Source of the DNA: Paraphysomonas bandaiensis
Taxonomy: Eukaryota > Protista > Chrysophyceae
NCBI GenBank assembly: GCA_965644295.1
Contig: CBFFRP010000092.1
Location: 47,572-111,571, forward strand
Direction: 5' to 3'
DNA length: 64,000 nt
Numbering within the stretch: the stretch's first letter is position 1; every line of letters starts with the position of its first letter. Positions 1 to 11,921 of this stretch are shown here, piece after piece. Below the pieces are notes generated by a model. It did no database searches and had not been told where the DNA came from. It saw only the letters and a program-made list of their open reading frames with translations. The position numbers and the translations under genes were made by a program.

Positions 1-133
1 CAGCAATACACTCCTGCTATATGTACTGTGTACACTGTACCGCACTTAGTCCGTCCTGTACTTATCATGTTGAGGAAAACCAGGAAAAGTTCAAAAACTA
101 AATGACACTAAAAATCTAAAAAACCCTTATTTA

Positions 134-201
134 GGCCGTTCCTTACGGTGGGTAAAAAATAAAAAATTCATTTTTTTTTTACCCAACCGTAAGGAACGGC
201 C
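134..201. mobile_element. 68-bp PIF/Harbinger-type micro-MITE
   Basis: TIRs GGCCGTTCCTTACGGT(T)GGGTAAAAAA (one indel) around a short A/T spacer, flanked by TTA at 131-133 and 202-204. A 3-bp TWA TSD with GGCC ends is typical of PIF/Harbinger. Confidence 0.75.
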
Positions 202-1477
202 TTATAGTGTAAAAGTACACAGGACATCCAGTACGCACTCAACGAAGACGAGGATATGGCTGAGACTCACCATAATGAAGCTATCAAATAGACTATGAAG
301 GCTTCCCATTGACACAACTGCAGATAAGTTTCTCATTATCACTCTTTCAACTAATGAAGACCTTCCCTTTCTAAATATATATAAATAAGAGGAAACAATG
401 TAACATTATCATGATGGAAAGGTGAACTTGAGGCAACCAACAGTAATCATGTTAAAGTGTACAGCCGGTATGATATATATGATATGAATGGAGGGAAGGC
501 ATCATTGGAATTGGCATGAATTTGTAACATGAATCAGTGTGATTTTTTTACCTGTGGCTCTGTGTGAGGACCCGGTACTAGAACTATTTCCTCTCCACTC
601 CAGACTACCTGCTTCTGTGAACACAACGTTGGAGGGCCATAAAGTCCTGCCGCGTATACAGGAGACATATTTCGAAGACGCGGTTCACAAGTTGTTTATA
701 TTAGGACAAGAAGATTGGGTAGGCACGTATCGTCCGACGTAAACACGGATTCACCGGATACCCACCCAGCTATCTAATCGTGTTGTATAGTTTAGCACTT
801 GTCAGTTGCAGAAACGTACAAGCTTGTGATTTTAACGATAAGACGTTATTATATTGCGCTATTTGCGCAATTAACACATTTCTTAGAAAGGACTGACTTC
901 TTCTCTCCTCATCCTCCTTCTTATTTTTACCAGTATTTGTACAACCAAACTCTTCAATTTTTATATATAATAGTTAACAAAAATACAATGAACACTTTAA
1001 TGAAGTATATCGTTTCTGAGCAGTGTTTCATGAATTTTTGTGTCTCAACTCAATAAGTGGCTCGCTCACGGATTTGTTCCGTTAATTTCCATCAAAGCAA
1101 CCCTTATGATCCCATATTATTTGTTGTTTCTTGTGTGCTTTATGAATTTTTTTGAATATCCTTAGCGGATTATTACATCGCCCTACTTCCCACTTTATAC
1201 GAAATCAATATCCACTGAAGGTTCTTGCAGTGTAAGTCCACTGTTCATTTACTCTTATACTCAACATTTCTTGCATTGAACCATGAAATATTCATTTCTT
1301 TATGTTCTTCTTCTCTCCTCAACAAATAATATCAGCTTCATTTCTGCTCATTCTATCTTATATTATTACTTAGTTAGTTATTACTCGTGATAAATACAGC
1401 ATGTAATAGGAAGAGCTGATATACTTCTATTACTTAACTATATTAATATTAGCTACGTACTTCAGTTTCTCGGGATC

Positions 1478-1885
1478 TATTATTCAACCTAGTCACACCA
1501 AAATTGGTGTATAAACCTAGTCCAGTAGTTGAAAAACCTAGTCATTTAATAATTCAGTTTTCAATGGCTAGGTTGACTAGGTTGACTAGGTGTTTTAGGG
1601 TATTCACCTATAGTCAAAAATAAAAATGTTCACCCAAACATGGGAGCATACTCTAGCTATCAATTAATGAAAATGCAACCATTGAACACATGCAATACAT
1701 TGATGCTCTGTGAGCCACTAATACGTTAGACAGTCACAGTGTGTAATCAATACATATAAGAACAAAAGAACGACTAGGTTGAATACCAAAATTGACTGGT
1801 TGAGTCATTTATTACTTTGACTAGGGTATTCCACCAAAAATAGTGTGACTAGGTAATTCAACCAATTTGACTAAGTTGAATAATA
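1478..1885. mobile_element. MITE-like element with subterminal CTAGTC/GACTAG repeats
   Basis: 18-bp TIR TATTATTCAAC(C/T)TAGTCA with one mismatch; many CCTAGTC and GACTAGG motifs in both orientations inside; non-coding. Confidence 0.6.
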
Positions 1886-2323
1886 TTTATATAGTAGGTA
1901 TCATTACATTCTCTTAAAGTATCAGTCGACATGTTGTCTAAACCATGGTCACTTTTAAGTTAAGAAATTAAATTTTGAGGTTTCGAATGATAACCGTCAC
2001 TAAAATAATAGGGAATTTAATGATGCTCTGTGAGATAGTATGGACAACCTGTCTAACTATGATCAGATAATAGTGATAATCAAGATTTATTGCTAGTCGT
2101 AATATTCCATTAGAAGGTAAATTACATGTGAATACGCAATACATCATTGGAGCATAATGATTAAAACCAATCACATAGCAAGGCATCTTGTACAGTCACG
2201 TATCTTCTATTTAGTTGAATAATAATTATAAGTCAATTACTATTTTCGTATCTTGTTGTATTCACGGGCACATTTTTCGTTAATGTCGGGAATTGTTTCC
2301 CGTTAAAGGGTCATTATATTTAT

Positions 2324-2443
2324 ATTTAACCACGGGCAATAAGGAGGCTAGATCGTCCCGCGCTCAAAATTTTGAAACGAGGGCGAAAAGCCCGAGTTTT
2401 AAAATTTAGACAAGGGACGATACTCCTTATCCCTAGGTTAAAT
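2324..2443. repeat. 120-bp imperfect palindrome (long hairpin/cruciform)
   Basis: Nested complementary blocks ATTTAACC/GGTTAAAT, ATAAGGAG/CTCCTTAT, ATCGTCCC/GGGACGAT and AAATTTTGAAAC/GTTTTAAAATTT, with apex GGGC-GAAAA-GCCC. Confidence 0.8.
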
Positions 2444-3610
2444 TGTAGCTTATCCTCATGACGTTGAAAAGTTGATATTACATTGTATAGCTATTTGTAG
2501 CATGCTTGCTGTATTAAGATAGATGTTCCTTGATTAACATTAATAACACAAATGAGAACTCATATATAGTTTCTAATCAATGATATGTATACTGTAAGTG
2601 TGATGATAAATGTAAACAGTTGAAGGTGAGAGAGAGGCTTCTTATTGCCTTAATTAGCATCATCATCACATTTATATACAGCAGGCTTTACCTCTGCAAG
2701 TGCACCTGATCGAAAGATGTGTGTATGATATGAGACACACAATATCCTGAGAAGCACGATACGGCTCCAACCCTGAAACAACTGGGTGCCACTGCTCCTA
2801 ACCACCTATATAGCATCAGATATGGTACTTAAACTCTCCTGTAATATTCTTGAAGTTGTTTCGAAGTCCTGGATATGAAGACAGATCACTTGCACTGACC
2901 TCATTATGAACAGCAGTAGAAGAATGGAATATAACTTGGAGTTAGATGATCTGCTCTTGATATTAGGCTTATGATTGTGGTTTCTCTATAATTGCGTACT
3001 ATAATGAAATCACGTACATATGACTGTTATTATCATAATGAAGATAGAAGTGAGCTTCTGTTCAACTGAATATTGAAGTTGAATGTCTATATTTGCCCGG
3101 TGCTGATATGAGCGCCCTGTTGAGTCAAAATCAGGTCAAAAAAAGCTTTTTTTGAGACAAAATGGGGATAATGGTTAATAATAGCTGCCTATTGAAGTCA
3201 AGCATCAGGGCTATTTCACCTCATGGACAGAGAGCGAAAGTAATTGCACCTTAGTGCTTGAGGTGATTGTGCATCTTTCGTTGCGCAAAATAGTACAAAT
3301 GTTTGTATTAAGCTAAACTAATAAAATATGATAAAAGTCATGTTTTTTTAACTTTACCGAATGAAAACACATGCCCTGCAATGTAAGGCTGAACTATACG
3401 TAGGAACAGTTTAAAACTGTGACACGCATAGAGTGTATAGTAAACATATATTCTAGTGACATGTTCACTACATACGTGAAAATTACAGGACAGAAGAGTC
3501 AATACACACATATAGACAGACCACATATAGACAGACATTTCTATCTTGAGAAGCATTAAAACTCCAGCAAAGACGAGTCCAGGAATACATCATCGCTTGT
3601 TAAGCAATAC

Positions 3611-3866
3611 AACACACGAAGAGAAAACTGTTGACGGAGATAGCAAAAATGTCTCAATCTTCAGGCTGTGAAGGAGAAAAAACACACATATAGGAGAAAA
3701 CTTTGTTGGCGGAGATAGCACAAATATGTTGCCATCCTTTGGTTGTGGAGGCTACAAAACAATAAAACACACATTCACATTGCAAAACACACATATAGGA
3801 GAAAAACTACAGGCCACGCTTTGTTGGCGGAGATAACACAAATATGTTGGCATATAGTTGTGGAGG
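3611..3866. repeat. degenerate tandem repeat, about 3 copies
   Basis: Recurring blocks AACACAC..GAGAAAA, TGTTG(A/G)CGGAGATA and G(C/T)TGTG. Confidence 0.65.
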
Positions 3867-3918
3867 TAACGCCTGTTGAGAAGTGTGCACCACTATCCAC
3901 ATCTTGCACTTGAGTACA

Positions 3919-4482
3919 CTACGGAGAGTCCGGGGAGTCCATGAGTGTGTCCATGTCATTTGCCAGTGACATTTCATTTTCATCTTTCTCGTATTTCTTC
4001 GGATAGACCTTCACGCGACAGATTTTCTTCACCCCTCCCGTGTTTTCATCTCCCACATTGGACTGACGGGAGAAAAGCAACGAAAACAAACTTTTTTTGC
4101 GGTTATTGCATCCTTTATCTATTCCCCCTCGTCTGGTCTTATCTCTATTCTCTTGTGATTTGAAATAAGAAATATTCGAATTAGTGTCCTCTGATTGGCT
4201 GTTAGCTTTAAATAAACGAGACACCGCTTTGATTGGCATAATAAACACTTGACTCATACGACGAACACGGGACACATCTAATGCTTTCATGAGTTCCTCT
4301 TGAGTGATACCTTCATCTTCTCCTTTTCCTGTAGCATGAATAAGTCTGATAGTGTCCTCATCGGTAAGTAATATACGAGCAGCAGTTAAACGAGGCAATA
4401 GGACTTTAAGAGGTACACGATGGGAACCATCACCTAGTACCCGAAACCATCCTGATACCAGAGAAGCTGTCTCCGGACTCAT
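3919..4482 (-). CDS. hypothetical protein with degenerate EF-hand-like pair
   Basis: 187-aa ORF from the first ATG. WFRVLGDGSHRVPLKVL...LTDEDTIRLIHATGKGEDEGITQEEL has calmodulin-lobe spacing but lacks most Ca ligands. Confidence 0.55.
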   Translation of the reverse strand: MSPETASLVSGWFRVLGDGSHRVPLKVLLPRLTAARILLTDEDTIRLIHATGKGEDEGITQEELMKALDVSRVRRMSQVFIMPIKAVSRLFKANSQSEDTNSNISYFKSQENRDKTRRGGIDKGCNNRKKSLFSLLFSRQSNVGDENTGGVKKICRVKVYPKKYEKDENEMSLANDMDTLMDSPDSP

Positions 4483-5053
4483 GTTGAATAACACCCTCTA
4501 CTGATAGTATAGTGTATATATTATATATTACATATTGCTTCCTGATACATATATATACGTATATCATGCATATAGAATAGCATGTATGTACGTACAGCGT
4601 TCAGATATGTACCAACACAGTATATGAGATAGTAATACATCATAGAATACAGAACTAAAATACGTCTTGGTGATGTATGAATAGGAATTCCATAAATCAG
4701 TATTCTAGAAATTTAGAATACATCACAAAAACACTGCATAAATCCACCAAGACTACATACTGTATATATACAGTATATTCTGCACCAGTACCATATACTA
4801 CAATACACAGTACAACTGTACTACAGTACCTCTCTCAATCTGACCATATATATATATGACCGAAGTCGAAGTGTGGTGAGAGAAAGAAAGTGAAGAGTGG
4901 ACATGCATGTCATTCTCTATACTATCATGCATGCACTTGAACTCTCTCTATATAATCCCCATCTCCACAGCATGTATATATATATCACTGGAGTGACCTT
5001 ACATTAATCTACCATATATTAGCATTCTATTCATTAATTCATTATAAAGAACA

Positions 5054-7704
5054 ATGAAATTTGGCAAACAATTAGAACTAGGAATGTATCCTCCATGGAA
5101 AGATCATGTAATACTATACACTACTGTATATCTATCAGTTTATCTAACTATCACTATATTATGATGTAGTATATTGCATATGGACGATTAAAACGGAAAG
5201 TAATGAGACGAAAGTTTGTTTTGGATAAAATGGCAGCTAAAGCAGATGCATTGACAAAGATATCAGCCATAGAATCTAAACAAAGTTCACCAAATGCAAC
5301 TGAATTAACACCATTGAAAAGTGGAACATCATCTCGAGATGCTTCTATGGAAAGTTCAATAGATGATGGGGATAATCAAGATTTTGCACATGCTTTAACG
5401 GATGAGATTGCAAAGATTAATAAGTTTTTCAAAGCAAAAGTTAATGGTATAGTTATTGTCACAGTGTATCAACAGCTTAGTCTATTCTATAGAGTTACGT
5501 GTGGAGATTGAAGATATTTCTGAAAAGATCAATGAAGTTCACCAGTCACATCATGTTAATTTGTCAACTGAAAATGTGAGCAAACTGCGGGATGTATTCA
5601 TTCAACTACTCGCTCTGCGAGATTATTGTTCTCTTAACCGCACCGGTACTGATATGATTAGAACAGTTTTATTTTTGCTGTATACTTAGCATTCTTTGCA
5701 GGTGTCTATAAAATTGTTAAAAAGCATGATAAGGTTCTCGGTGAGAAGACACTGGACAAGTGGCTGACTGCTGTGGACCAAGAAGAGTTCGTCACATCGA
5801 ATGAGATAGAAGCTCTCATCGATGTTGTTACTGGCTATGTCAGCAAGAATAAATTAATGGGTATGATCATATTCAATATTGTTGTTAAGGGATTTTATAT
5901 CTGGTAGTGTACTGCGTTTACAGTAGTAACATGTGCAGTACTGTACTCCTGTCCTGCATACTGATTCATTGGAATTTCTAGAGTGGCAACAAGCGGATTT
6001 ATTAGCGAAAGAGAGTGAACGTGAGCGTCTAATTCCAGCCGTGAAGCCCCAGCGGTTGGCTATATGTCTGCTATTATTTATCATTTCCCTCCAATTGCCC
6101 ACTTTGGAAGAACATAATCCCCACGCTAATCGTTGTCTTTCACTGGTGATTGTCTCGGTGTCTCTGTGGCTTACTGTCGCCATCCCTTATTTTGCCACTG
6201 CCCTTGTAATACCAGTTATGATCACCGCCATGGGTGTGCTTCGGGACGAGAATGAAAAGGCCATGACGCCTGAAGCATCTGCAAAGTATGTGTTAAATAA
6301 CTTCTTTAATCACACAACGGTGAGGAGTCAACACGTATTAGTGTCTGAGTTAATATATATTCGTTTACATCTCTTCAGATGCTGCTGCTCGGAGGCTATA
6401 CCATATCTTGTGCCTTTTCGCGCTGTCAGTTTGAACTACGCGCTGCTGCATGGATGCAAAAGCGCCTGGGTGCTTCTCCTCGTCTATTCCTGCTAGCTGT
6501 CATGTTTCTTGGCCTCTTTCTTTCTACATGGATTAGTAATCACACAGCTCCTATACTCTGTGCATCCATCCTGCTTCCGCTTGTGAGAGACCTTCCGAAT
6601 GATTCCAGGTAGTATAGACGCTTCGTGTTGTCCAACAATATTTAGTTTTACATATTATAGGTATTCAAAGGCACTTCTTCTTGGGTTGGCTTACGCATGT
6701 AATTTTGGTGGTATGATGACTCCTATATCAAGTCTGCAGAATGCTCTTGCTGTATCTAGTCTTGAAAAAGTTGGTATTGTCGTCTCTTTCTCTGAGTGGC
6801 TGTTAGTATCGATTCCATTCGCAAGTTTGTGCACTGTGTTGGCATGGGTGGTGCTGTGCGTGATAGTGAAGCCTGACGATGTGGATAGTATTCCGATTGT
6901 CATCTACAAAAGAGATAACAAGCTTAGTAAGAGAAATATAGCCGTTCTGGTCATGTCATTTTTGGCTATAATGATGTTTGCATTTTTTGAATACATGAAG
7001 CATATTCTCGGCGATATTGCAATGGTTTCTATGATATATGTCGCAATAATGTTTGGAACTGGAATGCTATCTGAGGTAACATTTCATATAAGACGATATG
7101 CATATGTAATGTTTGTTTCTAGTTGGACTTCAACTCTCTTTCGTGGCATACATTATTCTTGCTGGGTGGTGGTAATGTGCTTGGTAAAGCTGTGCAGTCT
7201 TCAGGTCTTCTTGACCATTTAGCTAATGCGTTCATGAGAGGTACTTGGTTGCTAATTACATTTCTTACAATAGATAATGTAATTCCATGCAGTGATACCA
7301 ACTCACAGTCCATGGATGGCATTGGTAGTTGTGTTTCTGTTTGCTATGGTGGTGGCATCTTTTGTATCGCATACAGTGGCCTCTATGATACTTATGCCTT
7401 TGATTGCTCAAGTTGGTGTCGATTTTGGTCTGCCGAAGGTGATGGTTGTAGGAACAGCTTTCGTAGGTAATGTCTTATGGAGTTTAGAGGTGTAACTTAA
7501 TGCTGCCATGTATGTATAGTTTCCGGAGCAATGGCACTACCATTTTCATCTTTTCCTAATGTGAACTCTGTTCTAATTGTGGACGACTTCCAGAGGCCGT
7601 ACTTGAGCACTAAAGATTTTGTGTCGACAGGACTATTGTTGTCTGTAGTTAGCGTTTTTTTAATGTCGACGCTAGGATATTTCCTCATTGGTGTGATTAT
7701 GTGA
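5054..7704 (+). CDS. SPX domain + SLC13/CitMHS-type phosphate transporter (Pho87/Pho90/Pho91-like), multi-exon
   Basis: SPX motifs MKFGKQL, YIAYGRLKRK and LNRTGVYKIVKKHDK. SLC13 motifs WISNHTAPILC, ACNFGGMMTPISSLQN, FVSHTVAS and GAMALPFSSFPN. The ORF fragments are joined by GT-AG introns; stop TGA at 7702-7704. Confidence 0.92.
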
Positions 7705-8513
7705 CGCGGCTTCCGTGGTTGGTTCCATAATAATTATATAATACCGCTTGAGGTATCCTTGCAATTCTACTATTTGTCTTGCCATCCTTAAAGCATTCCT
7801 CGGCGCAACGTCGTATTCTTGGCACCCTAATTATATATTAGTCAAACACTAATTTGGAGTCCAGTTGTTTACGATCCACTCCAAGGGTGTACCCTATAGC
7901 AGCGTCTGTTTTGTTTGGCATTGTTACTGTGATGCTGTAGTACAACGTAGCTATTAGCAAGCAAAATTAGTGATTAGTTTCGTACTAAAATCTACCTAGT
8001 TTGAATCATTTATAAGTTTTACGAGACGAAATCCCGTAATTCGTCATATAGTTATGTTTAACATTATATATAATATACATCTATTTAATAGCTGTAATCT
8101 TTCACCAGTTTACATATAGATTACAATAGTCTACATGTGCTATTCATGTCGATCAATAAGCCTTGAATATGTGTATTGTTGAGTCCTGCTATATGAGAGC
8201 AATTGAAAGCTGTAGTTATAAGCAGGGTGTTTAAATTACAGTAGTATACAGTTGTACTCTTATTAATCGTACTGTGAAAATGAATGACGATAACTATATA
8301 GTAGTAAAAAGGAATATAGTGACGATGCAAGTTGTAGTGACAACGTAAGATCGTACGAGATATGAGTGGTGGTAGAGACAACATGAAATTGGTGAATGAT
8401 AAAGATAATATATATATTGATTATAATTTTATATTTCTCAGTTGTTACCTTCATTTGTTCAGTTAGTACTTCTTATATAATGTCAACCTGTGATATGCAT
8501 ATGTGTATACACG

Positions 8514-9212
8514 CCCAACCACCCCCCAGGTTGAGCGCTACTGGACCGGCCACATTACTGCCACACAAATGGCCGACGCATTCGGACGCCACCTATCCAG
8601 CTCACTGCTCGAACATCAATTCCACGCCCTAGAAAAATTCATCGCCTCTATCCTACTCCCCCTATATGATGGAGGGCTCCGCATGCTTAGCAATAGGGGA
8701 CACGGATACCACAACGTAGACACGGCACCGGCGACACCGGTCCCGACACACGCAAAGCAACGCCAGCCCCAGGATACCCACCCGACACCAAAAGTACTCC
8801 AGCTACTCCAGGCGACATCCACCCCACGAACTACACTCTCTGCAAGAGCCCAGACCCGACAGAGGCAAGCGCAACCACTCCGGAAACAACTCCTCCTTAC
8901 GTGTGGCCGAAACCCCACCTCAACAACCAGCACCATCTCCACCACCGACTTGCACTCTCATATACATCTCGCCTCACCCACCCCCCACATAATCCATGGT
9001 ACAGGCCCGCCAGACACATTGCCCAAAGGTAGAGCCCCCGACTAACCTCACTACAAGGGACGGTAGCACCATGGTGCTCGCAGCGATGCGCAAGCAGTCC
9101 CGAGACGGTTGCCCGCCACTAGTAGTATATAGCAAATCTAGTTATTAGCTAGTCTATAGACATAAACTAGTTTCTGTACGCAACCGTACGCATGTAATAA
9201 TCAGACTTTCAT
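8514..9212 (+). mobile_element. 5'-truncated non-LTR retrotransposon (ORF C-terminus + 3' UTR)
   Basis: GC/C-rich island flanked by the 15-bp direct repeat ATATGTGTATACACG (8499-8513 and 9213-9227). Open frame ends GTGPPDTLPKGRAPD*; 3' end AATAATCAGACTTTC. Confidence 0.8.
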
Positions 9213-9399
9213 ATATGTGTATACACGTATATGATGTTAATACATATAATAGATTACTATCCCCCCTTTTCTACAGAGAATATAAGTAGTCATGTATGTA
9301 TAGAGTATAGAGACATTATTTCATTTCAAGTGATATACACTGCAGATCTGCGGAGTGGTGTTACTCTGTGTCACTGCGTACAAGTGGTAACTGGATTCT

Positions 9400-10160
9400 T
9401 CCTTGAAATCTAACCATAAATCCTGGGCTATTGATATGTGTTTTTGCTTAATATACAAATATCTTAATATTCCAATTTTAGCAATAACTACGTGCTTACG
9501 GGCTAACACTATGAGCTTTGGAAAAATAAAATTTCACGATCTTCCAGTCCTATTCACTACAGCTTCTACCTATACCCGTGCTTTTGAAGCTTACGTTTAT
9601 AGTGTTTCAGATCATTCGAATTGTATATGTTTTTAGCTCACATACAAAACCACCGCTAAAACTGTGATATACCACTTAAAATATTTAAAAGTTACAACGA
9701 TCAATATTAAAAGTTTTTCTACGTGTATGAAACTTATACCAATGCTTGGAAGTGATTATTTTTAAATACATTGGTTAATATGACATGGTGCAGAAGTTGC
9801 TGGAATCTTTAACCATATCAATGGACTATTAATACCTATTCCTACTACATACAAAATAATAGAAATAGTGGCAGGTTAACATACTATATATTATTATATC
9901 CACTAAACTAAAAATTTTGAGGTAACTTATTTTCTTTCGAGTTGCATATCTACCAAACCACCACTGTATATCAGGCAGGCCAACTGATTTCCCTTCCGCA
10001 TTTATTTGCAAAAAACCAATAGAGCAGTGTTTGATCTATTGGATCATACAGCCCTTTCGGAACCGATTAAAGCAATTCGTTCAGACCTTTCCGCTTTAGC
10101 ATCATATGACTTGTTGGAATTATCTTTCCCTTTAAATAGGCCGAAATTTTCCAAATCAAA
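9400..10160 (-). pseudogene. degenerate pogo/Tigger-like transposase relic
   Basis: Frameshifted KGLYDPIDQTLLYWF/QINAEGKSVGLPDIQ..WFGRY resembles the CENP-B/Tc5 HTH. Many stops; boundaries approximate. Confidence 0.45.
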
Positions 10161-10915
10161 TATAGTTTTGAAGTGCTAATGTTTAAGTATTGTCTAGTTA
10201 GCTCCATGACCACAGTGATACCACTCACTGCTGTTGCTGTAGTCATGTCATATACACCAAATTAATCGCAGCTCTGTCGCAATAAATTAGGCTGAAAGGA
10301 GTGCTCCAGGCAATAGGACAAGGAAGCCCAATTGATGGATCGGACTTTGGTGATGCATATGATGCCTTTGAAGTGTATTAACGATATGGTATCTGAGGCA
10401 TCAATTAGACTCTCAATCTCATAAGCCAAGTGCATGACACTCTCTTAGCATGACTTATCAAGCCTGATAGTCTGCGGTGCCTACTAGTTTGACATACAGG
10501 GTCTAGGATATCATATTGAATATGAGTGTCGCTGGTGTTAATAAAGGACTCATACAACATATTAATTCGTTGCACCTGTCATGAACCACATCTGGCATTG
10601 ACCACACCGAGAAGAGTTAGGCTAATGCCAACCACCCTGCTGCTGTCTGGATACATACTTCTTTGCATGTATATATAGAGCATAATGGCAGTTGAATATC
10701 CATGCTGGATACAGTGTACATGGTATACCGGGTATACAGCTCTATATGGACCCAGTCTACATGAATGTACCTCCCGGTAAACGGATTACTTACATCCCGT
10801 GTACGGATAGTGAGCTAGTTAATAATCATCATGTAGAGCTATGCGCTATGCATAGTTTACGACCTTCCATTAACTGCCCTTACACACATACAAGTCATTC
10901 TACCACTTATATCTT

Positions 10916-11571
10916 ATGGAAACTTCACCTATAGAACAATCTTCTTCATCAGATATCTCATGGATAAGTCCAAGAGGATCTGAATATCTTTCTCTTACAT
11001 ATCAAACAATAAATATTGCATCAGTTGTTACTATGGTACAAGACAACTCGGCAGGTGCAATTTCAACATTTTTAGGTACTACAAGAAATAATTTTGAAGG
11101 TATTATATATACATTTAATTCTTGTATTTGATGTATTACTCTGGTAGGTAAAGAAGTAGTCTCACTTGAGTATGAAGCGTATAGTGAAATGGCCATATCA
11201 GAACTTAAAACATTATGCGATAAGGTGAGATGATTATATTGTATGAATATATAGTGTAGAGAAATATTGATTTATTGATAGGTTAGAGCCGAGTGGGAAG
11301 TTTGTAAAATAGCTATTGTTCATAAGTTAGGAAATTGCCCTGTCGGAGACTGTAGTGTCGCCATTGCCATATCGTCAGCTCATAGAAAGGAATCACTACA
11401 GGCTGTCGAATTTACTATTAATGAACTTAAGCGTACCGTACCAATATGGAAAAAGGTATGTCTATTTCTTCTTTTAGTTCTATGTGATAACATAGGTCTT
11501 TATATTAGGAGAAGTACAGCGACCATGGCTCGTCTTGGAAGCGAAATGCGGAAGCTGAGATTCGCAATTGA
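10916..11571 (+). CDS. MOCS2: molybdopterin synthase catalytic subunit (MoaE/MOCS2B), 4 exons
   Basis: After removing three GT-AG introns: [65 protein letters not shown]. Confidence 0.93.
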
Positions 11572-11921
11572 CATTTGATTTTAATTAGTATATTGTAATT
11601 ACTGGTATTAGAGAATTTAAGACTGAACTTCATTTTTTAAGACTGCTTTTTCTATGAAGTACATATAATTAGAAAATGGAATTCAGAATTCAGTATATGT
11701 TTATGTCATTCTACTCAGTACATTGCAGTCGTGTACTCAATCTTGAATACACGCAACAATAATATGCTACCTCACAAGCCTTGATCATCGAACATTATTA
11801 TATAAAGAACCCGTTTTCTTTTAAATATCAAGTTTAGTTACAAGACAATAATTGCATATCATTCACAATTAGAAGCAATCAGAGCAGGGTGCACTACAGA
11901 TGAAGCACTATACTACCTGTT

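Noticed and set aside
240-1100. Coding-like decayed sequence and short ORFs
   Set aside because: Multiple stops and no recognisable motif.
4862-4873. GAAGTCGAAGTG upstream of both the SPX gene and the BTB gene (41031-41042)
   Set aside because: Shared 12-mers are expected by chance in 64 kb; a genome-wide enrichment test would be needed.
10200-10915. Possible upstream MOCS2A (bicistronic MOCS2) or a decayed RT fragment (IGQGSP)
   Set aside because: No ubiquitin-like ORF ending in GG was seen, and the RT similarity is too short and interrupted to call.
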